From IMG/VR virus record IMGVR_UViG_3300033149_004458, positions 1 through 64,000 of that record: a stretch of 64,000 nt of DNA; one strand, given 5' to 3'. Under the pieces are notes generated by a model. It was not told the origin of the DNA. It searched no databases and was given only the letters and a program-made list of their open reading frames with translations. Position 1 is the first letter of the stretch. Every line of letters starts with the position of its first letter. Below, in pieces: positions 54,271 to 63,297 of the stretch. This DNA comes from a virus. The position numbers and the translations under genes are program-made.

Positions 54271-55254
54271 ATGGAAAAAACTAACGAAGTTTTGAAAAAA
54301 ATTAAACGCTTGTATGGAGAAGAGGCTATTTATCTTCTTAACGATTTCCCGACGCAGGATGTTGACGTAATCCCGACTGGAGCCCTACTATTAGACCAAG
54401 CATTAGGAGTGGGGGGAATTCCTAGAGGAAGAGTAACAGAAATATTTGGTCTATATAATACTGGCAAGACAACAATCTGTCAGCATATTATTGCGGAGGC
54501 ACAAAGACTCGGGTTGACCCCCGCTTATATTGACGTAGAAAATGTACTTGACTTTCAGTGGGCGTCTCTTTGTGGTGTAGATTTTGACAATCTCCTTTTG
54601 TCTCAACCAAGCTTTGCAGAAACAGCTCTTGGAATTGCAGAAAAATTGATCAAAAGTGGTGAGATTGGGTTAGTAGTAATTGACTCCGCTGCAGCTCTGA
54701 CTCCTAAGTCTGAAGAGACGGAAGAAGAATTTAAAGATGTTAATACCACAGGGATGCGGCGCGCAAAATTACTGTACCACTTCTTCCGCGTCGTAGTTCC
54801 TGCACTTAGAAGAAATAACGTGGCCCTGGTTTTTACAAATCAGATGCGAGATAATACCAAATCCATATATGGAGGAGTTCTTCCAGGCTGCGGCCACGCA
54901 ATTAAATATTATGCCTCTGTTAGAATGGAATTAAAAGTGAAGAAAAGTGGAAGAGTGTTCTCTGGAGACACAGTAGTTGGTCAGGAGGTTCAGGCTAATA
55001 TTGTGAAGAACAGGGTGGCACCGCCATTAAAGACTGCCTCTTTCGTGATATTATTTGACGCTGGTATAGATAAAGCAGCGGACGTGTTAACAGCGGCCCT
55101 CTCTTTTGGGATAGTAACGAAGGCTGGACCGTATTTACGTTACAATGAAACTACTATAGGACAGGGGAAAGCAAAAACTATTCAAGCGTTACGCGAAAAC
55201 CCAGAATTACTATTGGCTATAGAGCAAGAGTGCAAGGAGATTTTGTATGGCTGA
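54271..55254 (+). CDS. recA: RecA-family recombinase
   Basis: IPTG...LDQALGVGGIPRGRVTEIFG..TGKT, IDSAAAL, FTNQMR, YASVR, VKNRVAPP. Confidence 0.95.
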   Translation: MEKTNEVLKKIKRLYGEEAIYLLNDFPTQDVDVIPTGALLLDQALGVGGIPRGRVTEIFGLYNTGKTTICQHIIAEAQRLGLTPAYIDVENVLDFQWASLCGVDFDNLLLSQPSFAETALGIAEKLIKSGEIGLVVIDSAAALTPKSEETEEEFKDVNTTGMRRAKLLYHFFRVVVPALRRNNVALVFTNQMRDNTKSIYGGVLPGCGHAIKYYASVRMELKVKKSGRVFSGDTVVGQEVQANIVKNRVAPPLKTASFVILFDAGIDKAADVLTAALSFGIVTKAGPYLRYNETTIGQGKAKTIQALRENPELLLAIEQECKEILYG

Positions 55255-55546
55255 TACAACTTCGATAGAGCGGCTTTTTAATCTCGGAGAGTTTAGTAAT
55301 ATCAGAATAACCGTAGCAGATATTAGCAAACCCTTACAAGAGCGCAGGATAGAGATGCTAGAAAGGATTTTAGATATCTACGAAGCATTTTACCTGCAAC
55401 AAGTTATAAGGTATATGCTACAAGACAATGATAAGCTAACTGAACTTTGGTGTACCAGATATGAGAATTTAATCGCAAATAGAGATACCTATTTCAAGGA
55501 ACTTACTAAGAATGAGGAGGAAACGCAAGATGACACAACTAACTGA
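55247..55546 (+). CDS. hypothetical protein
   Basis: SD AAGGAG; overlaps recA stop. Confidence 0.75.
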   Translation: MADTTSIERLFNLGEFSNIRITVADISKPLQERRIEMLERILDIYEAFYLQQVIRYMLQDNDKLTELWCTRYENLIANRDTYFKELTKNEEETQDDTTN

Positions 55547-56276
55547 CTTTTCAGGACCAGAGAAGGTTGCACGATCTAATGACTTTATCAAAATTGTTCC
55601 TGGTATTCCGGTGACAATTCAGATTTTAGATAAGAAGTCACATCACATTGTGGTCCACTGGATTGCCGATGGGACTGGCAGACGATTCAGCTTCCGCTGT
55701 TTGGGGAAAGACGTTTGCCCTGTGTGTATTAGAAATGCAGAAATTGGTTGGGACCGGAAACACCCGAACTATATTCCTGCCCAGAACAGGTATAGAGTTA
55801 ATGTCCTTGACTTGACTCAGGGGAAAATTTGTCCGGCATGCGGTGCGGTCTATGTCGGAAATATTCCAGAAGTTTGCACTAATGAGGCTTGTTCTGCGAG
55901 CTTGCGGGATGTAGAGGCAGCTCCACTGAACCGAGTTCGTATCTTGGAGCGTGGGCGTAGGCTCTTCCAGAAATTTAATGCACTACAAGAAGTCCCGAAC
56001 CCGTTTGCGAATGATGAGATTATTCCTATTCAGTCCTACCCGATTAGATTAGTTGCTACTGGGCAGGGAACACAGATGGAGATTACTGTGTTGCCACAAC
56101 CCCCCAATAACATTGATCCAACCCAATATGAGCTTTTAGACCTAGATGCTGGACTGGTCCTCACTCCAGAGGAAATTCAGTTCATCATGGACGGCGGCTC
56201 TTTGAATGACGTGTTGTCAGAGCGTCGTGCGGCAAAGGCAAATGCATCATCTGACGAAGGCGATATTCCATTTTAA
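55530..56276 (+). CDS. single-stranded DNA-binding protein (gp32-like, Zn-binding)
   Basis: HW...C....CPVC...RYRVNVLD; acidic SSDEGDIPF tail; replication context. Confidence 0.7.
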   Translation: MTQLTDFSGPEKVARSNDFIKIVPGIPVTIQILDKKSHHIVVHWIADGTGRRFSFRCLGKDVCPVCIRNAEIGWDRKHPNYIPAQNRYRVNVLDLTQGKICPACGAVYVGNIPEVCTNEACSASLRDVEAAPLNRVRILERGRRLFQKFNALQEVPNPFANDEIIPIQSYPIRLVATGQGTQMEITVLPQPPNNIDPTQYELLDLDAGLVLTPEEIQFIMDGGSLNDVLSERRAAKANASSDEGDIPF

Positions 56277-56283
56277 TTACTCC

Positions 56284-56317
56284 TGGTTGGTGGGTGTAAA
56301 TTTACACCCACCAACCA
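56284..56317. terminator. perfect 34-bp palindrome after the SSB-like gene
   Basis: TGGTTGGTGGGTGTAAA/TTTACACCCACCAACCA; no U tract. Confidence 0.55.
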
Positions 56318-56329
56318 AAAATTATTACA

Positions 56330-56671
56330 ATGGTCGGGAAATTTCTAAGCCAACTTAATCAAAATGAGAAGGGGTCGCATTTAATATTGGCTAGAGTCTT
56401 CTCAGAGATTTTTGGGAGGAAATTGAGGAACGAAGAATGGGGGTGGCTTCGGAGGCTAATAAAACTTTATGGTAGTGAGACAGTCTTTTGGGCTTTACTT
56501 TCTAGTGTTGGCATAAGCAACACGAACAAACCTTTAGCTTACGTGAGTAAAATCTGTATAAATTGGCTGGCTGATGGGGTCGAAGAGGCCTACAGGGATA
56601 CAGCGAATAACTTTATTGACGAAACACAAGAACTGCTTTTGGAACTAAGAGGGGAAAATGCTGCTGAATAG
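56330..56671 (+). CDS. DnaD-like replication initiator/helicase loader domain protein
   Basis: YVSKICINW matches the YxxxIxxxW motif; overlaps dnaB start. Confidence 0.5.
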   Translation: MVGKFLSQLNQNEKGSHLILARVFSEIFGRKLRNEEWGWLRRLIKLYGSETVFWALLSSVGISNTNKPLAYVSKICINWLADGVEEAYRDTANNFIDETQELLLELRGENAAE

Positions 56672-57965
56672 ACCAAATAGTCTGCAAGATGAACGGGCAG
56701 TATTGAAATGCTTGATTTTGAATTACGAATTGTACTTTGACATGAAACAACAGCTCACCCCAGATATGTTCTTCGGTGAGGACAATGCGCTTGTCTATAA
56801 AGTTTTCTTAGAGTTAGTGCTAGATGGACAATCCCCAGACACGGTTCTTGTTATGTCAAAGTTGCAAGAGAAGGGCCATCTTGACCTAATAGGGGGGGAG
56901 GAATATTTCAAAAGTCTGCTTGGCCTTGAAACATTAGAAAGCAACTTTAGTAACTATGTGGATAACGTATTCTCCACATATCTGTCCAGGCAGATCATAG
57001 ATGCGGGGAAAGAGATAGTAGATGTTGGTTACAAAGAGAACGCTAATACAGCTCTTCAAGTTCTTTGCAATAAAACAGATACTTTGTTGACTATTTCTAC
57101 AAATAGGGGGTCCGCTGTTACAGCGGCAGACATAATGAGTACAGAACTTGAGGCACTCATTGATCGAATAAAGACTGGGACAGGGGGCTCTGGATATAAA
57201 ACCTTATTTTTGGATTATGACGATTTGACTGGGGGCTTGCACCCGTCAGATGAGGTTATTATCGCTGCAAGGCCCAGTGTTGGTAAAACAACAATGGCAA
57301 CGCGCTGGATGTTGAACCTTGCTAAGCAAGGCATACCTTGTCTATTTTTCTCTTATGAAATGTCTAGAACACAACTTGCTCAAAGAATGATGGCAATGGA
57401 GTCCGGTGTCAACCTGGCAAAAATAAGGTCTGGAAGATTGCCCGCTGGAGACGAGTACAATCGTGTTGTTGCTGCATCTAAAGAGGTTGGCTCTCTTCCT
57501 GTTTATATAAGTACCGCTGCTAGTGCTGGTGTATTGGATGTAATTAAAGAATCTAAAAAGATGTCTCGTAAACATGGGGTAAAGGCAGTTTTTATTGATT
57601 ATATTCAGCTGATGCCAATGAGAATTGAGTATGCAACACAGGATTTGGGAGAGATTGCTAGAAGTTTAAAAATGATGGCAATAGACACAAACCTGTTAGT
57701 TGTGTACCTTAGCCAGCTAAACCGTGGCGTAGAGTCCAGGGCGAATAAAGTCCCCCTGCTATCAGATTTGAGACAATCGGGCAACCTTGAAGAGCATGCC
57801 GATGTTGTCTTAATGCTTCACCGCGAAGAGCTGTATAATCCAACTCCAGATAACAGAGGGATAATAGAAATCTGGATTAGAAAAAATAGAAATGGACCAA
57901 TTGGAGTATTACCGGCAGTGTTCCATGCTGCTTCTGTAGACATATCTCCAGTTGGTGGAACTTAA
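56658..57965 (+). CDS. dnaB: replicative DNA helicase
   Basis: AARPSVGKT, FSYEM, IDYIQLM, LSQLNR, LSDLRQSGNLEEHAD, KNRNGP. Confidence 0.95.
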   Translation: MLLNRPNSLQDERAVLKCLILNYELYFDMKQQLTPDMFFGEDNALVYKVFLELVLDGQSPDTVLVMSKLQEKGHLDLIGGEEYFKSLLGLETLESNFSNYVDNVFSTYLSRQIIDAGKEIVDVGYKENANTALQVLCNKTDTLLTISTNRGSAVTAADIMSTELEALIDRIKTGTGGSGYKTLFLDYDDLTGGLHPSDEVIIAARPSVGKTTMATRWMLNLAKQGIPCLFFSYEMSRTQLAQRMMAMESGVNLAKIRSGRLPAGDEYNRVVAASKEVGSLPVYISTAASAGVLDVIKESKKMSRKHGVKAVFIDYIQLMPMRIEYATQDLGEIARSLKMMAIDTNLLVVYLSQLNRGVESRANKVPLLSDLRQSGNLEEHADVVLMLHREELYNPTPDNRGIIEIWIRKNRNGPIGVLPAVFHAASVDISPVGGT

Positions 57966-57979
57966 ATCAAGGAGGAATC

Positions 57980-58195
57980 ATGCCTATCAATCCAAAAAAG
58001 GGTGAAGAGCAACAGGAATTTATCAGTCGTTGTATCGCTATTGAGAAGCGAGCACATCCTGAAATGAAGTCAGATCAGATTGCGGCTATTTGCTACAACG
58101 CCTGGCGTAAGGCTCATCCTGGCAGTGCTCCACCACCTACCAAGAGTTCAGAAGAACAAGAGTACAAATTGGCAACCGCAGAAAATGACGAGTAG
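57980..58195 (+). CDS. small conserved phage protein
   Basis: PKKGE...FISRC...QIAAICY..W motif; strong SD AAGGAGG. Confidence 0.75.
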   Translation: MPINPKKGEEQQEFISRCIAIEKRAHPEMKSDQIAAICYNAWRKAHPGSAPPPTKSSEEQEYKLATAENDE

Positions 58196-58622
58196 ACAAA
58201 AGAGGGCTGGAAGTAATTGGGAAAGGGAACTGGCAAAAAGGCTCAAGGGCAAAAGACAGCCTAGCTCTGGTGCTTTTGGAACACAACATCATGATGCAAA
58301 ACTCACAGGAGACGTTGTAGTTTCGTATCCATGGTGGAACAAGCCGCTTCACATTGAATGTAAATACGGCTATGGTGGCAAATCACAACTTTCACTTAAG
58401 CGGGGGTGGTTTACAAAAGTAAGACAAGAGGCAGCAAACGCTAACCGTTATCCATGCGTAGCTATAAAGTTTAGAGATGTAACCAGTGACGTTGAAACAG
58501 CTAAAGTAATTTGCTTTAATATAGATACTTGGGAAAGAATGATGCAAGAATTAAAATACTTATACTTAGATTATCTCTCGATGCTAAAGGAGCAATATGA
58601 GAACCAAGAAAAGAATAAGTGA
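58185..58622 (+). CDS. Holliday junction resolvase-like PD-(D/E)XK nuclease
   Basis: G..WERELAK.L, SGA, GD, IECK motifs. Confidence 0.8.
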   Translation: MTSRQKRAGSNWERELAKRLKGKRQPSSGAFGTQHHDAKLTGDVVVSYPWWNKPLHIECKYGYGGKSQLSLKRGWFTKVRQEAANANRYPCVAIKFRDVTSDVETAKVICFNIDTWERMMQELKYLYLDYLSMLKEQYENQEKNK

Positions 58623-58875
58623 GTTTGCTGACCCCTATAGAGAGTGGGTTGTAGTTGCAGAGTTTCTGTTGGCCCTGGATAGGGACGCTACAATGTTTGA
58701 TCTTATTAAGGTTATGTATGAGTGGAAAACCAGTTGTCCTTTTCCAGAGATGCCAGACGAAGACGTAGTTTTATCTTTATTTGATAGCGGTATGTCGCCA
58801 GTGAATATTGCTCGCAACCTTGATACAGAATCAGGAGTAGTCAGAGCGATCTTAGAGAGTTGTAAAAGGATTTAA
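58597..58875 (+). CDS. HTH-containing hypothetical protein
   Basis: GMSPVNIARNLDTESGVVRAIL. Confidence 0.6.
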   Translation: MRTKKRISEFADPYREWVVVAEFLLALDRDATMFDLIKVMYEWKTSCPFPEMPDEDVVLSLFDSGMSPVNIARNLDTESGVVRAILESCKRI

Positions 58876-58879
58876 AACT

Positions 58880-59254
58880 ATGGTAAAGCAAGAATCGCTT
58901 ATCCCTGATTTTGACCAGCTTGACCAAATGGTCAATACACTAGGGGAGCTCAAACGCAAGGAGTTACTTACTAAGCATACACTAAAAGCCTTGGAAGCCA
59001 GCTATATAAAGAGAGCTCTCACAGACCAAAATTGTTGGGTTGGTGGAAAGCGTCCAACAATGTCGTATTGTGAGCGGGTTGTTGCTGTTATTGGCAACAC
59101 AGAGGAAGAGAGGGAAGCTCTTCTAGGACTCAGAACAACATTGGCAGAGCTGGCTGAGGGGATAGAAATTACCGGGCAGCTAATTAGAACGATGCGAGAC
59201 AGACTTGATCTATATAGAACGCTATCAGCCAATGAAAGGAACTCTTTATTGTGA
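58880..59254 (+). CDS. hypothetical helical protein (possible UvsY-like mediator)
   Basis: Coiled coil ending RTLSANER; recombination context. Confidence 0.55.
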   Translation: MVKQESLIPDFDQLDQMVNTLGELKRKELLTKHTLKALEASYIKRALTDQNCWVGGKRPTMSYCERVVAVIGNTEEEREALLGLRTTLAELAEGIEITGQLIRTMRDRLDLYRTLSANERNSLL

Positions 59255-60015
59255 TTTATATCTCTGCTTCGTCGCTTAAAGCATTTAATGACTGCATGTA
59301 CAAGATAAAGCTGCGACGAGAAAAAGCGGCTAGAATTATTACTGCAAGTCAAGTTGCGGGGTTGGTGGTGCATGATGCTATAGAGCATTATTCTGCTACT
59401 GCTGCGAATGACGTGGCAAGAATACTTGCTGAACGGCTAACGGAAAAGAACTTATTTTTCTACCCAAGACAATCTGTTGCTGGTTTAATTCGTGATAGTG
59501 TCACTTGTGTAAATAACTACAAGCAATTGCGTGAATACCTGCCAGAATCTAAAGGGAGAGAGGTAAACTTTCGTTTCAATTTCTCTAATAATGCAGAGAT
59601 ACTGGGAAGGTTTGACGAGTTATGCTACCCAGATGTAATAGTAGATTACAAGACCACTAAGCGACCGCCAACAAAGTATACTTTAGCTTATGACCTACAG
59701 GCAACTTTCTATACTTGGGCTTACAAACATATGTATGGAGTTTTGCCTGAATATTACTATGTCCATTTATTTTCAGCCAGGATATACAAGTTAGTTAGAA
59801 CTGATTTTAGAGATTTGATTAGTAACATCGAGAATTTTATATTTAGTTGTTCTAATGATTTTCTACCGAGGCAACCAGATGGGTACAAGTGTGGAAACTG
59901 TGAGTACAGGGAAAACTGCGCCGAATGGGGCAAAAATAGTGGCTCTCTTTTTGCGTCAGTACATGAATCTAGACAGAGAAAAGCTAGACGGGTTGATCCC
60001 CTCACTACGTTTTGA
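59251..60015 (+). CDS. Cas4/RecB-like PD-(D/E)XK exonuclease with Fe-S cysteines
   Basis: SASSL...C, G..VH, GRFD, VDYKT, Q...Y, CGNCEYRENC. Confidence 0.85.
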   Translation: MIYISASSLKAFNDCMYKIKLRREKAARIITASQVAGLVVHDAIEHYSATAANDVARILAERLTEKNLFFYPRQSVAGLIRDSVTCVNNYKQLREYLPESKGREVNFRFNFSNNAEILGRFDELCYPDVIVDYKTTKRPPTKYTLAYDLQATFYTWAYKHMYGVLPEYYYVHLFSARIYKLVRTDFRDLISNIENFIFSCSNDFLPRQPDGYKCGNCEYRENCAEWGKNSGSLFASVHESRQRKARRVDPLTTF

Positions 60016-60220
60016 TATAGAAAATGCTATTAAGACTTTACTAGATAGCGGAGAATTTGGGAGTTACGAGAAGTTCCTCATAGATTTGTATGTCTTAGGG
60101 TTTTCTATTTCAGATATTTCTGCTATATTTGGTTGCGCCAGGTCTACATTAGACAAAGAAATGTTTAGAATTTGTAAGAGAATTGCTGACTTCCTTGGTG
60201 ATAATTATTTCGAGGTATAA
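59855..60220 (+). CDS. sigma70 region-4-like HTH protein (start uncertain)
   Basis: LYVLGFSISDISAIFGCARSTL...RICKRI. Confidence 0.6.
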   Translation: MIFYRGNQMGTSVETVSTGKTAPNGAKIVALFLRQYMNLDREKLDGLIPSLRFDIENAIKTLLDSGEFGSYEKFLIDLYVLGFSISDISAIFGCARSTLDKEMFRICKRIADFLGDNYFEV

Positions 60221-60221
60221 C

Positions 60222-60431
60222 ATGAAAAGATGTGTTATCTGCGGCAATTTTAGTTCGACTAGTATTTGCTCCAGTTGCTCTGAGGAGCTTGCTAATGTTT
60301 CTACAGCGGTTGTGAATAAGCTTGTACGCGCTATAGCAGCAAAGCATAGGGAGCCAAAGTATAAGAAAATGGAGGATGGATGCGAACCTATAGACGAGAT
60401 AGAGATGAATATCTTACAAGAAGAGCTTTAG
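60222..60431 (+). CDS. Zn-finger hypothetical protein
   Basis: CVIC...CSSC; SD GAGGT. Confidence 0.65.
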   Translation: MKRCVICGNFSSTSICSSCSEELANVSTAVVNKLVRAIAAKHREPKYKKMEDGCEPIDEIEMNILQEEL

Positions 60432-61390
60432 AATTATCTACGATATTCTCTGAATCTAGAATAGCTCAGATATTATCTGAGGAACTAGGCGAGGAGATAA
60501 CCAGGAATACGGTGCATGGAAGGATATATAGAAGAACCAGATCATCCGGCTTAGAGTGTAAGCCACGTACAAGCATGCCGTATTTTGAACGTTATGAACG
60601 TTATCTGAGAAAGGTAGAACCGCCCCCAGAGAAGGCTAACTTCTCTTTTGATAAAGGACATATTAAGATATTAGTAATCAATGATTTGCATGCTCCTTTT
60701 CAACATGAGGAAGCGTTACAAACAGCCTTGACAGATAACTTTTCTTCTGATATAATAGTTACATCGGAAATTTCAGACCTATATTCTTATTCTCCCTTTG
60801 CTAAAGATAAGCACGTGTCTTTTGAATTGGAAGTTGAGGAAATACTCAGACTGTTTGAATATTTTAATCAGACCTTTCCTGTTACTTTTGTTGTCAGTGC
60901 AGGACATGAGAAGAGAATAACTAGAGCAATAACTAGAAAAATACACACAGAGTTGCTATTTCTAATAGAGACAAATTTACTAGAGCTTCTTGCAAGTCCT
61001 TTTCCAAACATTATTACAATTCCAGAGCCATACTTCCAAATCAATGATGCGCTGTTTACACATCTAAATAAATATTCTCAGACAATTCCTATGAGAAGTG
61101 CGCACAACACACATCGTTGGATACAGAATTGGAAGAAGTCTTTGGGTATAGGGGAGTATCGGGTTTTAGCTCAAGCCCACTCTCATCATAGTGGTATATA
61201 CAATATGCCGACGGTACAGCTTATTGAGACCGGCTGCTTGCAAAAAATACCAGAGTGGGTACTTGATAGGTGTCCAATGTTACCATGGATGACAGGGTGG
61301 ACTGTGATTGAGCAGAATGACGGAAGGACGGATTTGAACGCAACGAAAGTAGTGATATATGAAGATAGACGAGTTGGCACAAAGGGTTAG
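60380..61390 (+). CDS. metallophosphoesterase-like protein with N-terminal HTH
   Basis: NDLHAPF, GHE, FTH, AHSHH, ETGCL. Confidence 0.75.
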   Translation: MRTYRRDRDEYLTRRALELSTIFSESRIAQILSEELGEEITRNTVHGRIYRRTRSSGLECKPRTSMPYFERYERYLRKVEPPPEKANFSFDKGHIKILVINDLHAPFQHEEALQTALTDNFSSDIIVTSEISDLYSYSPFAKDKHVSFELEVEEILRLFEYFNQTFPVTFVVSAGHEKRITRAITRKIHTELLFLIETNLLELLASPFPNIITIPEPYFQINDALFTHLNKYSQTIPMRSAHNTHRWIQNWKKSLGIGEYRVLAQAHSHHSGIYNMPTVQLIETGCLQKIPEWVLDRCPMLPWMTGWTVIEQNDGRTDLNATKVVIYEDRRVGTKG

Positions 61391-62306
61391 TATTGTTCCA
61401 ATTATCGAGGAGGCTTTTACTCTACGGCAGTCTGGGCAACATTACTTGCGTGGGGTAGAGCACGATAGCCTGGTTGTAGATATAAGAAAGAATAAGTTTT
61501 ACTGGAATTCTCTTGGGATTTCAGGGGGGCCTATTACCTGGCTAATGCAGATACGCGGTTTATCTTATAGACATGCTTTAGACGAGCTCCAGAGATTTAG
61601 CGGGTTACCATTTAGAGAGGCATTATTGAAAATAGATAAGCCTACTCCGATCTACCCCAGACTGCTAGATACGTTTTTTGAGTTGGGGAAAAGAAATAGG
61701 AGCTATTGGTATAGCCGTGGTTTTACAGATGATTCGATTGATAAGTTCAAACTTGGTTTTACCGGTAAAGCCAATGTTATACCAATTATCCAGGATGGAG
61801 TGTTAGAGAATTTCCAGTGTAGAATTGGACAAGGGGCTGAGAAAAGAGTTTGGTGGTGGGCAAAACACAAGGCCTTAAATCTGTTCGGTGCAGATGACTT
61901 GAGATCAAGTTATGTGGTTTTAACAGAGGGTCCAATAGACGCAATAACTTTACATCAGGTTGGTATTCCAGCAATTACTCAATCTGCGATAAACTATTGG
62001 AATAACTTGTGGAATAAATATTTAGTCGATTGTTACACTATATACATTTTATATGATAATGATTTAGCTGGAAGGACGGCGGCAAGAAAGATAGTCAAGC
62101 GGTTTTTAAATAGAGGGAAGATCGCTTATTGGCCGTCATTCTTACCGGAAAAGTTTGACGTAAATGATGGGCTTATTCAGTTTGGGGAAGATACTTTGAA
62201 GAAGCTACTAACTGAAATAATCTTTCCATATTCTGTTTATCAGGCAGAGGAAAATGATACCAGTTATATAAAGGAGCGGGATGAAGCAGCACGAAAAATT
62301 CTTTGA
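61359..62306 (+). CDS. DNA primase (Toprim)
   Basis: VLTEGPIDA, YDNDLAG, DVND motifs. Confidence 0.9.
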   Translation: MKIDELAQRVSIVPIIEEAFTLRQSGQHYLRGVEHDSLVVDIRKNKFYWNSLGISGGPITWLMQIRGLSYRHALDELQRFSGLPFREALLKIDKPTPIYPRLLDTFFELGKRNRSYWYSRGFTDDSIDKFKLGFTGKANVIPIIQDGVLENFQCRIGQGAEKRVWWWAKHKALNLFGADDLRSSYVVLTEGPIDAITLHQVGIPAITQSAINYWNNLWNKYLVDCYTIYILYDNDLAGRTAARKIVKRFLNRGKIAYWPSFLPEKFDVNDGLIQFGEDTLKKLLTEIIFPYSVYQAEENDTSYIKERDEAARKIL

Positions 62307-62679
62307 TTTCCCTTGGCCGTTGAAACGAGCAAGGAAGGAAAGTAGAAAGGTAAAACACAGCGGCAGACATGTCGGTGCGGCAATAACAAAAGGGGGAAGG
62401 TTGTTGTCTGTAGGAAGAAACAAGCTAAAGACGCACCCCGCTCTAACTACGTTTTCGATACACGCAGAGCAAGATGCCATTCTCTCTAGAATTCATTGCG
62501 ACGACATGACTGGGGCAACGATGTGGGTGTTTAGAGAGACCGCAGATGGTATGCCAGCGATGGCAAAGCCGTGTGACAAGTGTGTTAATATGATGTTGGC
62601 TTTTGGAATTAAAAAAGCAGTATATAGTGTGCCTTACCCACCATATATTGGGGTAACTGTTTATAGAGGTGAAACATGA
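62281..62679 (+). CDS. cytidine/dCMP deaminase-family Zn enzyme
   Basis: HVGAAI, HAE, PCDKC. Confidence 0.85.
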   Translation: MKQHEKFFDFPWPLKRARKESRKVKHSGRHVGAAITKGGRLLSVGRNKLKTHPALTTFSIHAEQDAILSRIHCDDMTGATMWVFRETADGMPAMAKPCDKCVNMMLAFGIKKAVYSVPYPPYIGVTVYRGET

Positions 62680-63053
62680 AATTTGTAGCGGTAGGAAAGG
62701 AAAGGATTTACCTCTCCGACTACGAAGGCAATGCTGAAGAGCTTGAACGCCTTCTTAGGTCATGGGCTTCGTCTGTAGAAGCTGTTATGACCAAGAACCT
62801 TGAGTTGTATCATAAACTCTACAAGGAGGTTTTTGGTATCCCAGAGGGTGTCAAAACGCCAGAAGAAGAGCGTGAGTTTATGGTTGCGCGTTGGGGAGAG
62901 GATCTATTGAAGAATGAAGAGGTCGTTGAGTTGCTTCGTGAAGCTACGGTAAAGTATGAAGAGGTAAAGAATGAATTGCCCAGTTTTGAAGATTGGGCAA
63001 CGGAACATAATTTGGAATTGGAGATAATTCCATACGTTGTTGAGATTCCTTAA
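62676..63053 (+). CDS. hypothetical protein
   Basis: ATGA coupling; SD GAGGTG. Confidence 0.75.
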   Translation: MKFVAVGKERIYLSDYEGNAEELERLLRSWASSVEAVMTKNLELYHKLYKEVFGIPEGVKTPEEEREFMVARWGEDLLKNEEVVELLREATVKYEEVKNELPSFEDWATEHNLELEIIPYVVEIP

Positions 63054-63063
63054 GGAGGGTAAT

Positions 63064-63237
63064 ATGGTAGACGTAGCAGTGCTGGTTGGTTTGGAAGTTA
63101 TTGCGGTAAAGAAGTTAGATAATGGTGGCGTTGCTTTTCTGTTTGATGACGGTTTGATTTTTGTTGCCAGTGAAGAGGATGGTTACTCCCTGGTTAGAGC
63201 CGAGAACTGGGAAACTGTCTTTGATAGTTTATCATAG
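63064..63237 (+). CDS. hypothetical protein
   Basis: SD AAGGAGG before MVDVAV. Confidence 0.65.
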   Translation: MVDVAVLVGLEVIAVKKLDNGGVAFLFDDGLIFVASEEDGYSLVRAENWETVFDSLS

Positions 63238-63243
63238 GCTTCT

Positions 63244-63284
63244 TTGGTTTGGGGGAAGTTGTTAAAAGGCTTCCCCCAAACTAA
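63244..63284. terminator. hairpin (terminator-like, no U tract)
   Basis: GTTTGGGGGAAG/CTTCCCCCAAAC stem. Confidence 0.5.
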
Positions 63285-63297
63285 CTAAAAGCAGGAC

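Noticed and set aside
40315-57965. Inteins or introns in TerL, PolA, RecA or DnaB
   Set aside because: Lengths and motif spacing are normal, with no splice motifs or homing endonucleases.
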